Source: a virus. From it: a DNA stretch of 64,000 bases. Location: positions 1-64,000 of the IMG/VR virus record IMGVR_UViG_3300031857_000094. One strand, written 5' to 3'. Positions within the stretch are counted from its first letter, which is position 1, and each line of letters starts with the position of its first letter. The position numbers and the translations under genes are program-made. This document shows, in pieces, positions 39,897 through 49,132 of this stretch. The notes under the pieces were generated by a model, which did no database searches, had not been told where the DNA came from, and saw only the letters and a program-made list of their open reading frames with translations.

Positions 39897-40679
39897 CTAT
39901 ACTAAACTACCAAATGTTGAGTTTGTAGGCAGATTATCAGTATTAACTCCTGTCGTGCCTACAACAGCGTCAGATAATGCTTGCGTTTCTTGCTGTGCCT
40001 TTTGTACATCGCCTAACAAATCTTGAGCTTGATCAGCTGATCCTAATGTCAAATCATATGTATCTTCTGCATCATCGCTTCCATCTGTAGCTCTAAACGC
40101 ATGTTTTCCTGGTGGCAATGCTGCATCTTTTACTTTTGTTTTTTGATCGCTCGTTGGTCTAGGATCTTCAGACCTTTCTTCATTACCAGCAGCAAGAAGC
40201 GTGGTTGATGATTGATCGTCGAGCGTAGGATGAACAGAGGGAAGTGGCGTTAGTCCATTCTTTCCGCCAAACAGCAGATTAATCGAGTTCATTAATAAAC
40301 TAAGTCTAGCATATCGCTGGCGCAAATTATATTGCTGCTGAGAAGCTGATTTTCTTGTAGGCGGCGCAGTAATAATAAGCTCATTGACTGTATCGTCAGA
40401 AGCAATGATTTGATTTGTTGCGATATCGTATACGATAGCCTCTACGTCATACGTTCCTGGATATAGCGGAGAGTCAAAACGCAGCTTCCACTCATTGGGC
40501 GTTTTCGTTTCGTCTAGTCCAAGATTACCTTCGAACAGTCGATATGGAACATAGTTCACATAGACTTCAATCGACTCCTTCGCTTTTCCAGGCGCACTGA
40601 AACGCTGGAACTCTACGGTCCCTGTGAGCGTGGGAGTAGTATTAGAAGTCGTAAGTTTCTTTACGGTTATTTTAGCCAT
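39897..40679 (-). CDS. Protein with N-terminal Ig-like domain, between the two gp5 parts
   Basis: TSNTTPTLTGT..W..L.PGTYDVEA resembles bacterial Ig-like domains. Confidence 0.55.
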   Translation of the reverse strand: MAKITVKKLTTSNTTPTLTGTVEFQRFSAPGKAKESIEVYVNYVPYRLFEGNLGLDETKTPNEWKLRFDSPLYPGTYDVEAIVYDIATNQIIASDDTVNELIITAPPTRKSASQQQYNLRQRYARLSLLMNSINLLFGGKNGLTPLPSVHPTLDDQSSTTLLAAGNEERSEDPRPTSDQKTKVKDAALPPGKHAFRATDGSDDAEDTYDLTLGSADQAQDLLGDVQKAQQETQALSDAVVGTTGVNTDNLPTNSTFGSLV

Positions 40680-40680
40680 A

Positions 40681-41076
40681 TTACTTCTTTACGTTCGATC
40701 CAGATCCAGGCGCATTATCGCCAATATTCTTTTTCGTTTGAACATGTGGAAGCGATCCAATAATTACTGGAATCTGCTCGCCGTCATCATCCATAAAAAA
40801 TCCTACGACTTTACTGTTCTCGACTAATCCTGTAGGACTGCATCCCGTTCCGCTAATGCTTGCTGAAGTCGTTGGAGTCATAACATACGCCCAAGGAAGT
40901 TCTTTTGTTGGGAGTTTGCTTTTATCTTCCGTATGTCTTCCGTGAATGCGAATCTTTACGCGCCCAATCTTCAGCTCATCTTTCTCACCTGAGAACTGTC
41001 CTGTGCCACGATCTTCAACAGTGGCGATAAACCACTTCAAACCGCTCTGACCAACCATTGATTTGAATAGTGACAT
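40681..41076 (-). CDS. gp5: Baseplate spike, gp5 N-terminal OB-fold part
   Basis: WFIATVEDR..GRVKIRIHGRH..LPWA..SASISG.G.SPTG..VVGFFMD..Q.PVIIGS. Confidence 0.85.
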   Translation of the reverse strand: MSLFKSMVGQSGLKWFIATVEDRGTGQFSGEKDELKIGRVKIRIHGRHTEDKSKLPTKELPWAYVMTPTTSASISGTGCSPTGLVENSKVVGFFMDDDGEQIPVIIGSLPHVQTKKNIGDNAPGSGSNVKK

Positions 41077-42344
41077 TAAGAAGCTACTCCAGAAGGTGAT
41101 GATTGTTTATTGGCGTGAGAGTCAGACTTACACTCAAGAATGCAGTTATATTTAACGTCCTGCACTTCTTTATATAGCACGTGTCGGACTGACGTTACGA
41201 GGAACGTTCCCGAGCGGGGATCAAGTGAAGTGCCGTCTTGGTTAGATGGAATATTCAATTTAATTTTAATTCCAGGTTTCAGTGAAGTATCACCAGGAAC
41301 GCGAACGTTCATAATGAGATTGTCTAACTGCAATGCAGCCGACGATTGTGCGGCGTGTTCTGGAAGAGTGCGCTTATATTCTACAGCCTTGGGATCGCGC
41401 GCTTTTACGAATCCGCTATCCTTTGCTGATGCGCCTGGTGCAACGATGAAGGAACGAACAGCGCCAGTCTCAGATTTTTTATCTTCAGTCAGTGTATCTT
41501 TTCCTGTATGATTTCCCTCACCAGCGCCATCGCGCTTGCCTTTCTTAGGAACTGAGTCGATTTTTCCTACGAGCGGATCATAATAATAAACATGCTCTGA
41601 CTCAGCACCATTTTCAGTTGATTCATTTCTATTAAAATCTTTTGCCTGATCGAACGAGATAATATTCTTTGATTCGTCTGACGCTCCTGCGCTTCCGATA
41701 TTCTGACTGGCGTATGCGAACGTTGCTGTCTCAGATCCCTTGAGCATAGCGTCGATTGTCTTGAAGTGATATCCATCGCGATCTTGCCAATACAGATAGT
41801 TCGACGCTTTGGATTCGGAAGACATACCTTCCTTAGCAGCCCAACGAATCGCAGTCGTGGGAGAGCGACCAGTTCCAACGTAGCTCTGATTCCCCTGCGT
41901 TTCTTCGTTAGTGACTAGATCTTTTTTAATTGTATTTGTTTCTTTTACATAATCATCATGCCATTCTTTCACCATCTCAGATATCTTTTTGCCGTTATAT
42001 GCTTTCGCGATATCCTTACGGTGATTATCAATCATTTCTTGGGGAACGCCGACGATGAGATACATATCGAGATTATCTTTCGCACGAATGCGATCCGTGA
42101 CGCGCTCGACCTTGAATTTCATACGGATTGATTCGCCTTTGCGAGCAGCGAAGTTGATAGATATTTCCTCGCCGCCCTTCAGCTTCGCGCGCTCGTGGAA
42201 TCCGCTACCATCGGATAGCGTAATATTGCACGATGCTGCTGTCGAGTAAACGCTCTCGAAATAATCTAGCTGAGTGACAAGGTTTTTAATATCGACGTTG
42301 TCAACCGTGCACTCATTAAATATACCGCCGCCTACATCACTCAT
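41076..42344 (-). CDS. Baseplate hub protein (gp27-like)
   Basis: YFESVY, YLYWQDRDGYHFKTID, VPGD..LKPG, SGTFLVTSVRH; lies between gp53 and gp5. Confidence 0.65.
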   Translation of the reverse strand: MSDVGGGIFNECTVDNVDIKNLVTQLDYFESVYSTAASCNITLSDGSGFHERAKLKGGEEISINFAARKGESIRMKFKVERVTDRIRAKDNLDMYLIVGVPQEMIDNHRKDIAKAYNGKKISEMVKEWHDDYVKETNTIKKDLVTNEETQGNQSYVGTGRSPTTAIRWAAKEGMSSESKASNYLYWQDRDGYHFKTIDAMLKGSETATFAYASQNIGSAGASDESKNIISFDQAKDFNRNESTENGAESEHVYYYDPLVGKIDSVPKKGKRDGAGEGNHTGKDTLTEDKKSETGAVRSFIVAPGASAKDSGFVKARDPKAVEYKRTLPEHAAQSSAALQLDNLIMNVRVPGDTSLKPGIKIKLNIPSNQDGTSLDPRSGTFLVTSVRHVLYKEVQDVKYNCILECKSDSHANKQSSPSGVAS

Positions 42345-42934
42345 CTTACAAACGTGCCTTCTTCAAAGATATATGGGTGCTGTTCTTTAATCAGCTGCAG
42401 ATAGTTCAAGTCAATTAAATATATGTGACGTCTTTGCTCATTTAAATTGTTTTCATAATCAAACACAGAAACAGATTTTCTTTTATCTGCTGCCAGCGTG
42501 AGATATGTGGTATAGTCCACTTCTAATGTTCTTTCAGGCAAAATGCGCTGAATGCCGTTCTCAACAATCAATCCTTGTGACTGCAAAATCTGCTCGTAAT
42601 GATGAACAGTTTGATAAGCATTTCGAACGGTGCCATATTTTTGAGCAAGATAGGAATTGAACTGCTCATAGGAAAGTGGCCACTCATAATATGGATCATG
42701 AATTTCGTTGGCTAACAGAATCAGCCAGTCCATAGTTTCATCGTCGTAATAATCGTATGCTACTGTATCTGGACGCTCGCCATCCTGAACATAGTATTCG
42801 TCGAAGTTAACTCCAGCGTTTCTTACGAAATTAGCCACAGAAAATCTACGAGTGATATCTGTCACTGCAATAGTTTGCTTCGTTCCAGGAATGCGATAGG
42901 GAATAGTAGGATGGGCTCTAAAATAAAATGCCAT
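42341..42934 (-). CDS. gp53: Baseplate wedge subunit
   Basis: DGERPDTVAYDYY..WLILLANEIHDPYYEWP, VHHYE. Confidence 0.92.
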   Translation of the reverse strand: MAFYFRAHPTIPYRIPGTKQTIAVTDITRRFSVANFVRNAGVNFDEYYVQDGERPDTVAYDYYDDETMDWLILLANEIHDPYYEWPLSYEQFNSYLAQKYGTVRNAYQTVHHYEQILQSQGLIVENGIQRILPERTLEVDYTTYLTLAADKRKSVSVFDYENNLNEQRRHIYLIDLNYLQLIKEQHPYIFEEGTFVR

Positions 42935-44062
42935 TTATCTTCCCTCTTGTTCTGGATTTAGTCGAGGTAAGGATCCATCCATTGTGCTAGGAACATTATC
43001 TGCTCTTCTATGCTGTATGATATTTTCTCTTCCAACTGGAGCAGGTGGTGTTGGCTGATTGCGAAGTCCTCTCGTAAGAGTATTCTTCGTGATAACTTCC
43101 GTTTCCTTAAATGATAGTGACAGAGTAACTTCTGCTGGAGCAGGAATACCACTGCCGTCAGCGTCACGAATATATGCTGGGAATCCCTGTCCGTGATAGT
43201 CGATACGAACGTCGGTACATACTGATGGCTCAAGCTCGAACAGATATGATGGATGACGGAATTTAATTTTAAAGAACTCAGGATATTTAAAGAATAATCC
43301 ACCAGCGAGATATTCTGGATGCGAGTAAAACTTAAACATCTCGCAAATTAAATGAATATCATTTGATTCTTTTCTGCTTCGTGGAGATAGTTTCCAGCTG
43401 AACGTATGATCGCGGAAGCCAACGCCTGTGAATAATACAACCTTATGTGGATTAACCGCTACGCCGCCTAGCACTTTTAGTGCAGCATTTACGCCTTCAG
43501 CGCCGACACCAGGAATAGAAGCGGCTTTAGTGGCTGCTACAGTTGTTGCTAGGCCTGCGGCTCCATTTTGTGCAGCCGTTGCTATTGCGCTACTGGCTGT
43601 TCCCATCTGTGCTTCTGTTTCCAGATCGCGATTTCCATACATGTTGCGATCAAATGGTTTTAGTGCTGCACCAGCCGCTGGTCCTAAATCTTGCTCAGTA
43701 TATTGTGGATTATAATCTGTAGATAAGCTGGAGGGCATTGGCAGTCGAATCGTGCCGCCATTAATTATACTTCCTCTAGCTCCAGGCAGACTGCTAGCAA
43801 TAACATCCGTCGCGAAACCTTTTGTTTCTTGCGCAACGAATTCAATCCAGTGATCGTTATCAACTAGATCTTCTGGAAACTGAACAGAGGCACCAGCATA
43901 TGGATCTGCTGTTGAAGCAGATTTACCCATAAGAGAATAAAGCGAAGCGCCTGCAGCTATAGCTAGTCCAACACCACCAACAATTCTTGCTTTGTCTGCT
44001 ACGCTGATTCTATCGTTTCTGAGGTTTCTGCTGCTACCGCTTGTTCTTGGTGCTCTTGCCAT
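42935..44062 (-). CDS. gp48: Baseplate tail-tube cap
   Basis: IRLPMP, VNPHKVVLFTGVGFRDHTFSWKLSPRS, LSLSFKETEV; start MARAP at 44062 preferred. Confidence 0.8.
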   Translation of the reverse strand: MARAPRTSGSSRNLRNDRISVADKARIVGGVGLAIAAGASLYSLMGKSASTADPYAGASVQFPEDLVDNDHWIEFVAQETKGFATDVIASSLPGARGSIINGGTIRLPMPSSLSTDYNPQYTEQDLGPAAGAALKPFDRNMYGNRDLETEAQMGTASSAIATAAQNGAAGLATTVAATKAASIPGVGAEGVNAALKVLGGVAVNPHKVVLFTGVGFRDHTFSWKLSPRSRKESNDIHLICEMFKFYSHPEYLAGGLFFKYPEFFKIKFRHPSYLFELEPSVCTDVRIDYHGQGFPAYIRDADGSGIPAPAEVTLSLSFKETEVITKNTLTRGLRNQPTPPAPVGRENIIQHRRADNVPSTMDGSLPRLNPEQEGR

Positions 44063-44086
44063 TAAAATCCCTTTCGTGAGATACAT

Positions 44087-44094
44087 TATTTATA
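44087..44094 (-). promoter_or_regulatory. Late promoter TATAAATA at the divergent gp48/gp4 junction
   Basis: Exact consensus. Confidence 0.7.
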
Positions 44095-44111
44095 TTGAAA
44101 TACATAGAGTC

Positions 44112-44555
44112 ATGGCAGCATATAGAGGTAGATTTCAACCGAAGAATCCCAGTAAGTATAAGGGCGATCCTACGAATATCGTTTATAGATCTTCGTGGGA
44201 GTTGCGCTTTATGAACTATCTGGACAGCAATCCCAATGTTATTCAGTGGGCTTCTGAAGAATTATTCATTCCATATAAATCTCCGCTCGATGGTAAGTGG
44301 CATCGCTATTTCCCTGACTTCATTATTCGTATGAGAGATAAGGACGGAAAAACGCTCGTGAAGATGATTGAGATCAAACCGCGCTCTCAGTCTGTTCCTC
44401 CACAACCAAAAGCCAAAGGCGCGCACAGCAAGAAGTATCTACGAGAGGTGGCGACATTCGGAATAAATAGTGCTAAGTGGCACGCAGCGAAAGAATATTG
44501 CGCTGACCGTAACTGGGAATTCGTCGTACTCACAGAAAAAGAATTAGGGATTTAA
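44112..44555 (+). CDS. gp4: Head completion nuclease
   Basis: AYRGRFQPKNPSKYKGD, YRSSWE, WASEE, HRYFPDF, EIKP. Confidence 0.92.
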   Translation: MAAYRGRFQPKNPSKYKGDPTNIVYRSSWELRFMNYLDSNPNVIQWASEELFIPYKSPLDGKWHRYFPDFIIRMRDKDGKTLVKMIEIKPRSQSVPPQPKAKGAHSKKYLREVATFGINSAKWHAAKEYCADRNWEFVVLTEKELGI

Positions 44556-45166
44556 TGGTCGCTTACGTTTTTGATAGAGTATTACAGCGAGGATCGCAAG
44601 CGGGTGTGGCTCCGTCAATTAAACGCGAGTCGCGTCAGTGGTTCCGTCAGCAGACTAAGAATTTAACTGTTAGTCCTACTCGCATGATTCGCAGCGATCG
44701 CACAAGATTAACGGATAAGCCGCTACTAGGTCGCATGTATCTGTTTCAGTATGATCCTAAAGGAAAGAAAACATTACCTTACTATGATAGATTTCCTCTT
44801 GTTTTTCCGATCGATTCTACACGCACCAGTGGATTTGCCAATAGTGGAGGATCGTTCTTGGGAATTAATCTCCACTATCTACCGCTCCCTCTTAGAGCCA
44901 GATTAATGGATGCGCTGTATGATACGATCACAACAAAAGAATTAGACGAGAGCACTCGTATTCGTATCTCATATAATATTCTACAGCAAGCGAGCAAGTA
45001 TCGTTTCTTCAAGCCTTGCATCAAGAGATATCTTATCTCTCACGTTAAATCTAGATTCTTTTATATCGAGCCGACTGAATGGGAAATGGCATTATTCTTA
45101 CCGCTCGATAGATTTGTCGGAGCTAATATGTCGCGTATCTATCGCGACAGTCGTAACAGGATCTAA
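44555..45166 (+). CDS. gp2: DNA end protector protein
   Basis: GRMYLFQYDPK.K..LPYYDRFPL, GINLHYLP. Confidence 0.92.
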   Translation: MVAYVFDRVLQRGSQAGVAPSIKRESRQWFRQQTKNLTVSPTRMIRSDRTRLTDKPLLGRMYLFQYDPKGKKTLPYYDRFPLVFPIDSTRTSGFANSGGSFLGINLHYLPLPLRARLMDALYDTITTKELDESTRIRISYNILQQASKYRFFKPCIKRYLISHVKSRFFYIEPTEWEMALFLPLDRFVGANMSRIYRDSRNRI

Positions 45167-45168
45167 CA

Positions 45169-45852
45169 ATGCCATTTAATATCGCAGATTTCAACTCAGA
45201 AATAGCACGATCAGGTATCGCTTCGACATCACAATTCGAAGCATGGATTCTTGGTGGACCTGGATCGCGTTATGGCATAACTGGAATTCTCGAGCAGTAT
45301 GGATTGAAAGAAGGAATGCGCCTTCGTATCGAAGCAGCGAATATGCCAGGACGTCAGCTCGTCACGCTGGATCAAAACTATTATGGGCCTGTTCGTCGTA
45401 TTCCGTATCGCTTTAACAATCAGCCAGTCACGCTCTCAGTCATTCTATCCAAAGACATGCGCGAGCGCGAGATCTTTATGAAGTGGCAGGATTTCTTTGT
45501 CGGTCACTATCGTACGAACGTAAATCGCTCGAATATGGCTGGAATGTTTGATGGAAAATACTTTAATGATGGAGTCGGTAGCATCGACATCGTTCAGTAT
45601 TCTTATCCAAATAATAATGGTGGATACGGATATTATTTCGAATCTGAGGGCGGAACGTATGAAGTTCAGAATGTGATTACGCTCGTAGAAGCATACCCAG
45701 TCAATGTCAACGATATTCAGATGTCGTGGAACGATGAGGGATATGGTAAGCTACAAGTGGAAATCAATTATCGTTATGCTATCGAAGATAATACAAACTT
45801 TGGAAGTGGTAAGAATTACGAGATCGATCGCGCTGGTCGTGGAAGATATTAA
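45169..45852 (+). CDS. Tail-tube-fold baseplate protein (gp54-like)
   Basis: ANMPGR, EAYPVNVNDIQMSW; synteny between gp2 and gp26. Confidence 0.7.
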   Translation: MPFNIADFNSEIARSGIASTSQFEAWILGGPGSRYGITGILEQYGLKEGMRLRIEAANMPGRQLVTLDQNYYGPVRRIPYRFNNQPVTLSVILSKDMREREIFMKWQDFFVGHYRTNVNRSNMAGMFDGKYFNDGVGSIDIVQYSYPNNNGGYGYYFESEGGTYEVQNVITLVEAYPVNVNDIQMSWNDEGYGKLQVEINYRYAIEDNTNFGSGKNYEIDRAGRGRY

Positions 45853-45869
45853 TTAAATTGAGGTGAATT

Positions 45870-46577
45870 ATGGCATTACCTAAGGTTGCGACTCCACGCT
45901 TTTCGCTGGAGCTACCGTCTAATGGAAAAAGAGTATCGTTTAGATCATTCTTGGTGAAGGAAGAAAAAGTATTGCTGATGGCCGCTCAGTCGGAAGATCC
46001 GTTGGCTATGATTGATGCAGTGAAGGATGTTATTGCGTCGTGTATCGTTGATGATCTCGATGTTAATAAGCTGCCCTACTTTGATCTGGAATATCTGTTT
46101 CTGAATATTCGCGCCAAGTCTATCGGCGAAATCGTCAAGATGGAGTATCGTCATATCGACGGCGTGAACTATCAGGGAATTAAATGCGAAGCGGTGACGC
46201 CCGTAGAGATTAATCTAGAGCAGGTCAAGGTTCAACGCGGCGAAGGACATACGAGCAAAGTCAAGCTCGACGATAGACTAGGAATTGAACTGAGATATCC
46301 TACGATTAATGACGTCAAGCTGATCACGGGTGGTAATGACGAGATCGAAATGCTAGCTCGTTGCATTCTTAGCGTATATGACGCGAATGATGTGTATGAG
46401 CCAGATAATCTACAGGATGCAGTTCAGTTCGTTGAGTCGTTGAATTCAAATCAGTTCGCTGAGATTATGAAGTTTATTGACACGATGCCCAAGCTAAGAC
46501 ACACATTTAAATATAAGTGCAAGGGATGTGGACAGGAAGATACCATTACGCTGGAGGGTATGTCTGATTTTTTTTAA
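45870..46577 (+). CDS. gp26: Baseplate hub assembly protein
   Basis: MALPK, FRSFLVKEEKVLLMA, DLEYLFLNIRAKSIGE, CxxC then LEGMSDFF. Confidence 0.9.
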   Translation: MALPKVATPRFSLELPSNGKRVSFRSFLVKEEKVLLMAAQSEDPLAMIDAVKDVIASCIVDDLDVNKLPYFDLEYLFLNIRAKSIGEIVKMEYRHIDGVNYQGIKCEAVTPVEINLEQVKVQRGEGHTSKVKLDDRLGIELRYPTINDVKLITGGNDEIEMLARCILSVYDANDVYEPDNLQDAVQFVESLNSNQFAEIMKFIDTMPKLRHTFKYKCKGCGQEDTITLEGMSDFF

Positions 46578-46753
46578 TGATCCTCTCTCATAATACGCTT
46601 GCGAACTATTATCAGACTAACTTTTCGTTGATGCAATACCACAAATATTCACTGAGTGACGTTGAAACAATGGTTCCGTGGGAGAGGGATATCTACGTTA
46701 AGATGCTGGTAGATTATCTAGAGAAGCTGGAAGAAGAATCTAAGAGAAGGTAA
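46577..46753 (+). CDS. gp51: Baseplate hub assembly catalyst (absent from the ORF track)
   Basis: Hand translation MILSHNTLANYYQTNFSLMQYHKYSLSDVETMVPWERDIYVKMLVDYLEKLEEESKRR. Confidence 0.88.
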   Translation: MILSHNTLANYYQTNFSLMQYHKYSLSDVETMVPWERDIYVKMLVDYLEKLEEESKRR

Positions 46754-46756
46754 TAA

Positions 46757-49132
46757 ATGGCAGATAAAGAGAGCGGCGAAGATATTCTCCGTGCCATTTT
46801 AGAAAAGGGAAATAAGAACGTCAAGGATCAAGTCGCAAAGATCCTAGAAGAACAGACGGCTGCTCCCACTCCAGCAAAGCCAACGAAAGCTCGTAAGAAG
46901 AAACTTGGTGTAGTCGTAGGAAAGGTCGGACAGTCGCGTTTCTTCAGAACTCCCGAAGGTGCAGTCGTCGATGAGAATGGAAAGCCAGTTTCTATTGGAC
47001 TCGCGAAAGCATTTTCTCAATACGAGCCCAAAGCGAAAGCAGCTGCTCAAACAAATGAACCAAAGCCCAGTGGTGGGCTCGCGCGAGCGCTCGAGCGTGA
47101 TCTACGTCGCAGCATACAGCTATCCAATAATATCGTCAAGGCCCAGGAATTAATTAATAAAAGAATTCCTGTGATGATTAATAATACGACTAATCTTGTC
47201 GATAAGATGTCAAAACAAAATGAACAGATAATTGGTTCATTCATACAGCAAAATCAAGAATTCCAAGATAAAGTTGTAGAGGCTATGACTGGCGTGAAAG
47301 CTCCTACTCGCGCGGGAGGAGCGAAAGCAAAGCTATCCAGAGGCGTAGGTGCTTCTCGTGCAGCTCGTCGTGTTAAGCCACGAGATACAGAACGCGCTCA
47401 GTATGTTCGTGATAGAGCTGAGCGTATAGCTGATATTCGTATGAAGCGCAATATCGCTTCCATCGCTGGCGCTGGATTACTGGGTGCTGGTGTTGGACTT
47501 GGTGCAGCTGCTGGAATCAACGCGCTTATCAATAAAGCTCCGTCTGATGCTGAGCCGTCTGGTCCTATCACCAAGTTCGAGGGACTAGGAAGCATTTCGC
47601 AGAAGTATGAGTCAGGAAACAAAGGCGTTCATACAGTATCCTCAGGCGCTGGTGATCCAGGCGGCGTATCGTATGGAGCACATCAGCTCGCGACTAATAC
47701 TGGAACGATGGCTCGCTATCTCGCATCAGCAGAAGCAAAAGATTATGCAGGACAGTTCGCAGGATTACAGCCAGGAACTGAGCCGTTCAATCAAAAGTAT
47801 AAGCAAGTCGCAGCAAGTGATCCACAGGGATTCGCTGCATCACAGAAAGCATTTATCACAAGAACACACTTCGATCCAGTATCAAAGCATGCTGGTGATC
47901 TTGGCTGGGCTGTAGCTGATCCACGAGTTCAAGAAGTTCTGTATAGCATGGGCGTTCAGCACGGCGGCGCTAAGAAGATTGTTTCTCAGGCTGGTAATCC
48001 GCAAGGCAAGAGCGTAGAAGAGCAAGTCAAGATGCTGTTCGAAGCGCGAAAAAACTACGTCGCTGGCGTATCTATGCCAGAGGGAACGAGACAGTCGCTC
48101 TATAGAAGATACGCAAGCGAGCAGCGAGATGTGCTTGCTATGACTGCTGCAGCTGGAGCTGCAACTACAACTGCTTCTGCTCCTGCAGCTGCTCCATCAA
48201 GTCCTGCCGCTGGTGCTGCTGCGACTGCTGCAACTAGTCGCGCTCAAGCACCTGGTCCATCTGGTGGTCCTGCGCAATCTCTAGCTGCTCAAACTGCTGC
48301 TGGTGCTCGCGCGCAAGCTCCTGGTCCTTCGGGTGCACCTGCTCAAGTTCAAGCAGCGACTACTGCAAGACAACCTGGTCCTGGTGCTCCTACTGCTGAA
48401 CAGATGGGAGCAGGCGGTGGAGCTGGCAACGTCAGAATGACTAATCAGGGAGCGACGAGAAACAAGCCAATTACTCCGTATCTATTGAGTGCTATTTCTA
48501 CAGCAGTCACTGATGTATATGGTCCTGGTGCTCGCGCTGAAATTTATTCTGGAGGACAAGAGCCATATCCGAGCCGACAGAGAACTGGATCTACACGACA
48601 CGACGGCGGTATGGCTGCTGACGTTTATGTTTATGTCGGTGGACGTAAAGTATCGGGAGACGATCTTGGTCGTTTAGCTCAGTATTGGCTTGCTCGCAGA
48701 CTCGGTGGTGCTGGTATTGAAATGCGTGGCGGCGGTATTCACTTGGATCAGCACACGAATCGTCATCCATACTGGTTTTATAATGCTGGCGAAACAGCTA
48801 AGTCACGCGCGATGGTTATGGCTGGCGTTCAGGGACAGATGCCTGAAGCCGCTGGATCAACTATGATAGCACAAGGACCTGGCGCTCCAGCTGGCGCTTC
48901 TGCTGGTGGAGCTCCTCGTCAATACGGCGCACTTGGTGCTTCATCGCGCGCAAATGAAATGAGAGAGATGCAAGCAACAACAGCTAGACCCATTATCATA
49001 GAAAATAGAGTTATGAATCATCAGCAATTCATTACTAGAAACTCTTATCCTGTAGGTCAAAGAAGCGAACAGTTTAATCCACTCGAAGTTGCTGTTGCCG
49101 CAGGAATCGGTAAAGCTCTGAGGTTGTTCTAA
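46757..49132 (+). CDS. Tape-measure-like virion protein with peptidoglycan hydrolase domains
   Basis: Helical N-terminus; lysozyme-like ISQKYESG..DPGGVSYGAHQL; M15-like RHDGGMAAD..IHLD; gp29 position. Confidence 0.65.
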   Translation: MADKESGEDILRAILEKGNKNVKDQVAKILEEQTAAPTPAKPTKARKKKLGVVVGKVGQSRFFRTPEGAVVDENGKPVSIGLAKAFSQYEPKAKAAAQTNEPKPSGGLARALERDLRRSIQLSNNIVKAQELINKRIPVMINNTTNLVDKMSKQNEQIIGSFIQQNQEFQDKVVEAMTGVKAPTRAGGAKAKLSRGVGASRAARRVKPRDTERAQYVRDRAERIADIRMKRNIASIAGAGLLGAGVGLGAAAGINALINKAPSDAEPSGPITKFEGLGSISQKYESGNKGVHTVSSGAGDPGGVSYGAHQLATNTGTMARYLASAEAKDYAGQFAGLQPGTEPFNQKYKQVAASDPQGFAASQKAFITRTHFDPVSKHAGDLGWAVADPRVQEVLYSMGVQHGGAKKIVSQAGNPQGKSVEEQVKMLFEARKNYVAGVSMPEGTRQSLYRRYASEQRDVLAMTAAAGAATTTASAPAAAPSSPAAGAAATAATSRAQAPGPSGGPAQSLAAQTAAGARAQAPGPSGAPAQVQAATTARQPGPGAPTAEQMGAGGGAGNVRMTNQGATRNKPITPYLLSAISTAVTDVYGPGARAEIYSGGQEPYPSRQRTGSTRHDGGMAADVYVYVGGRKVSGDDLGRLAQYWLARRLGGAGIEMRGGGIHLDQHTNRHPYWFYNAGETAKSRAMVMAGVQGQMPEAAGSTMIAQGPGAPAGASAGGAPRQYGALGASSRANEMREMQATTARPIIIENRVMNHQQFITRNSYPVGQRSEQFNPLEVAVAAGIGKALRLF

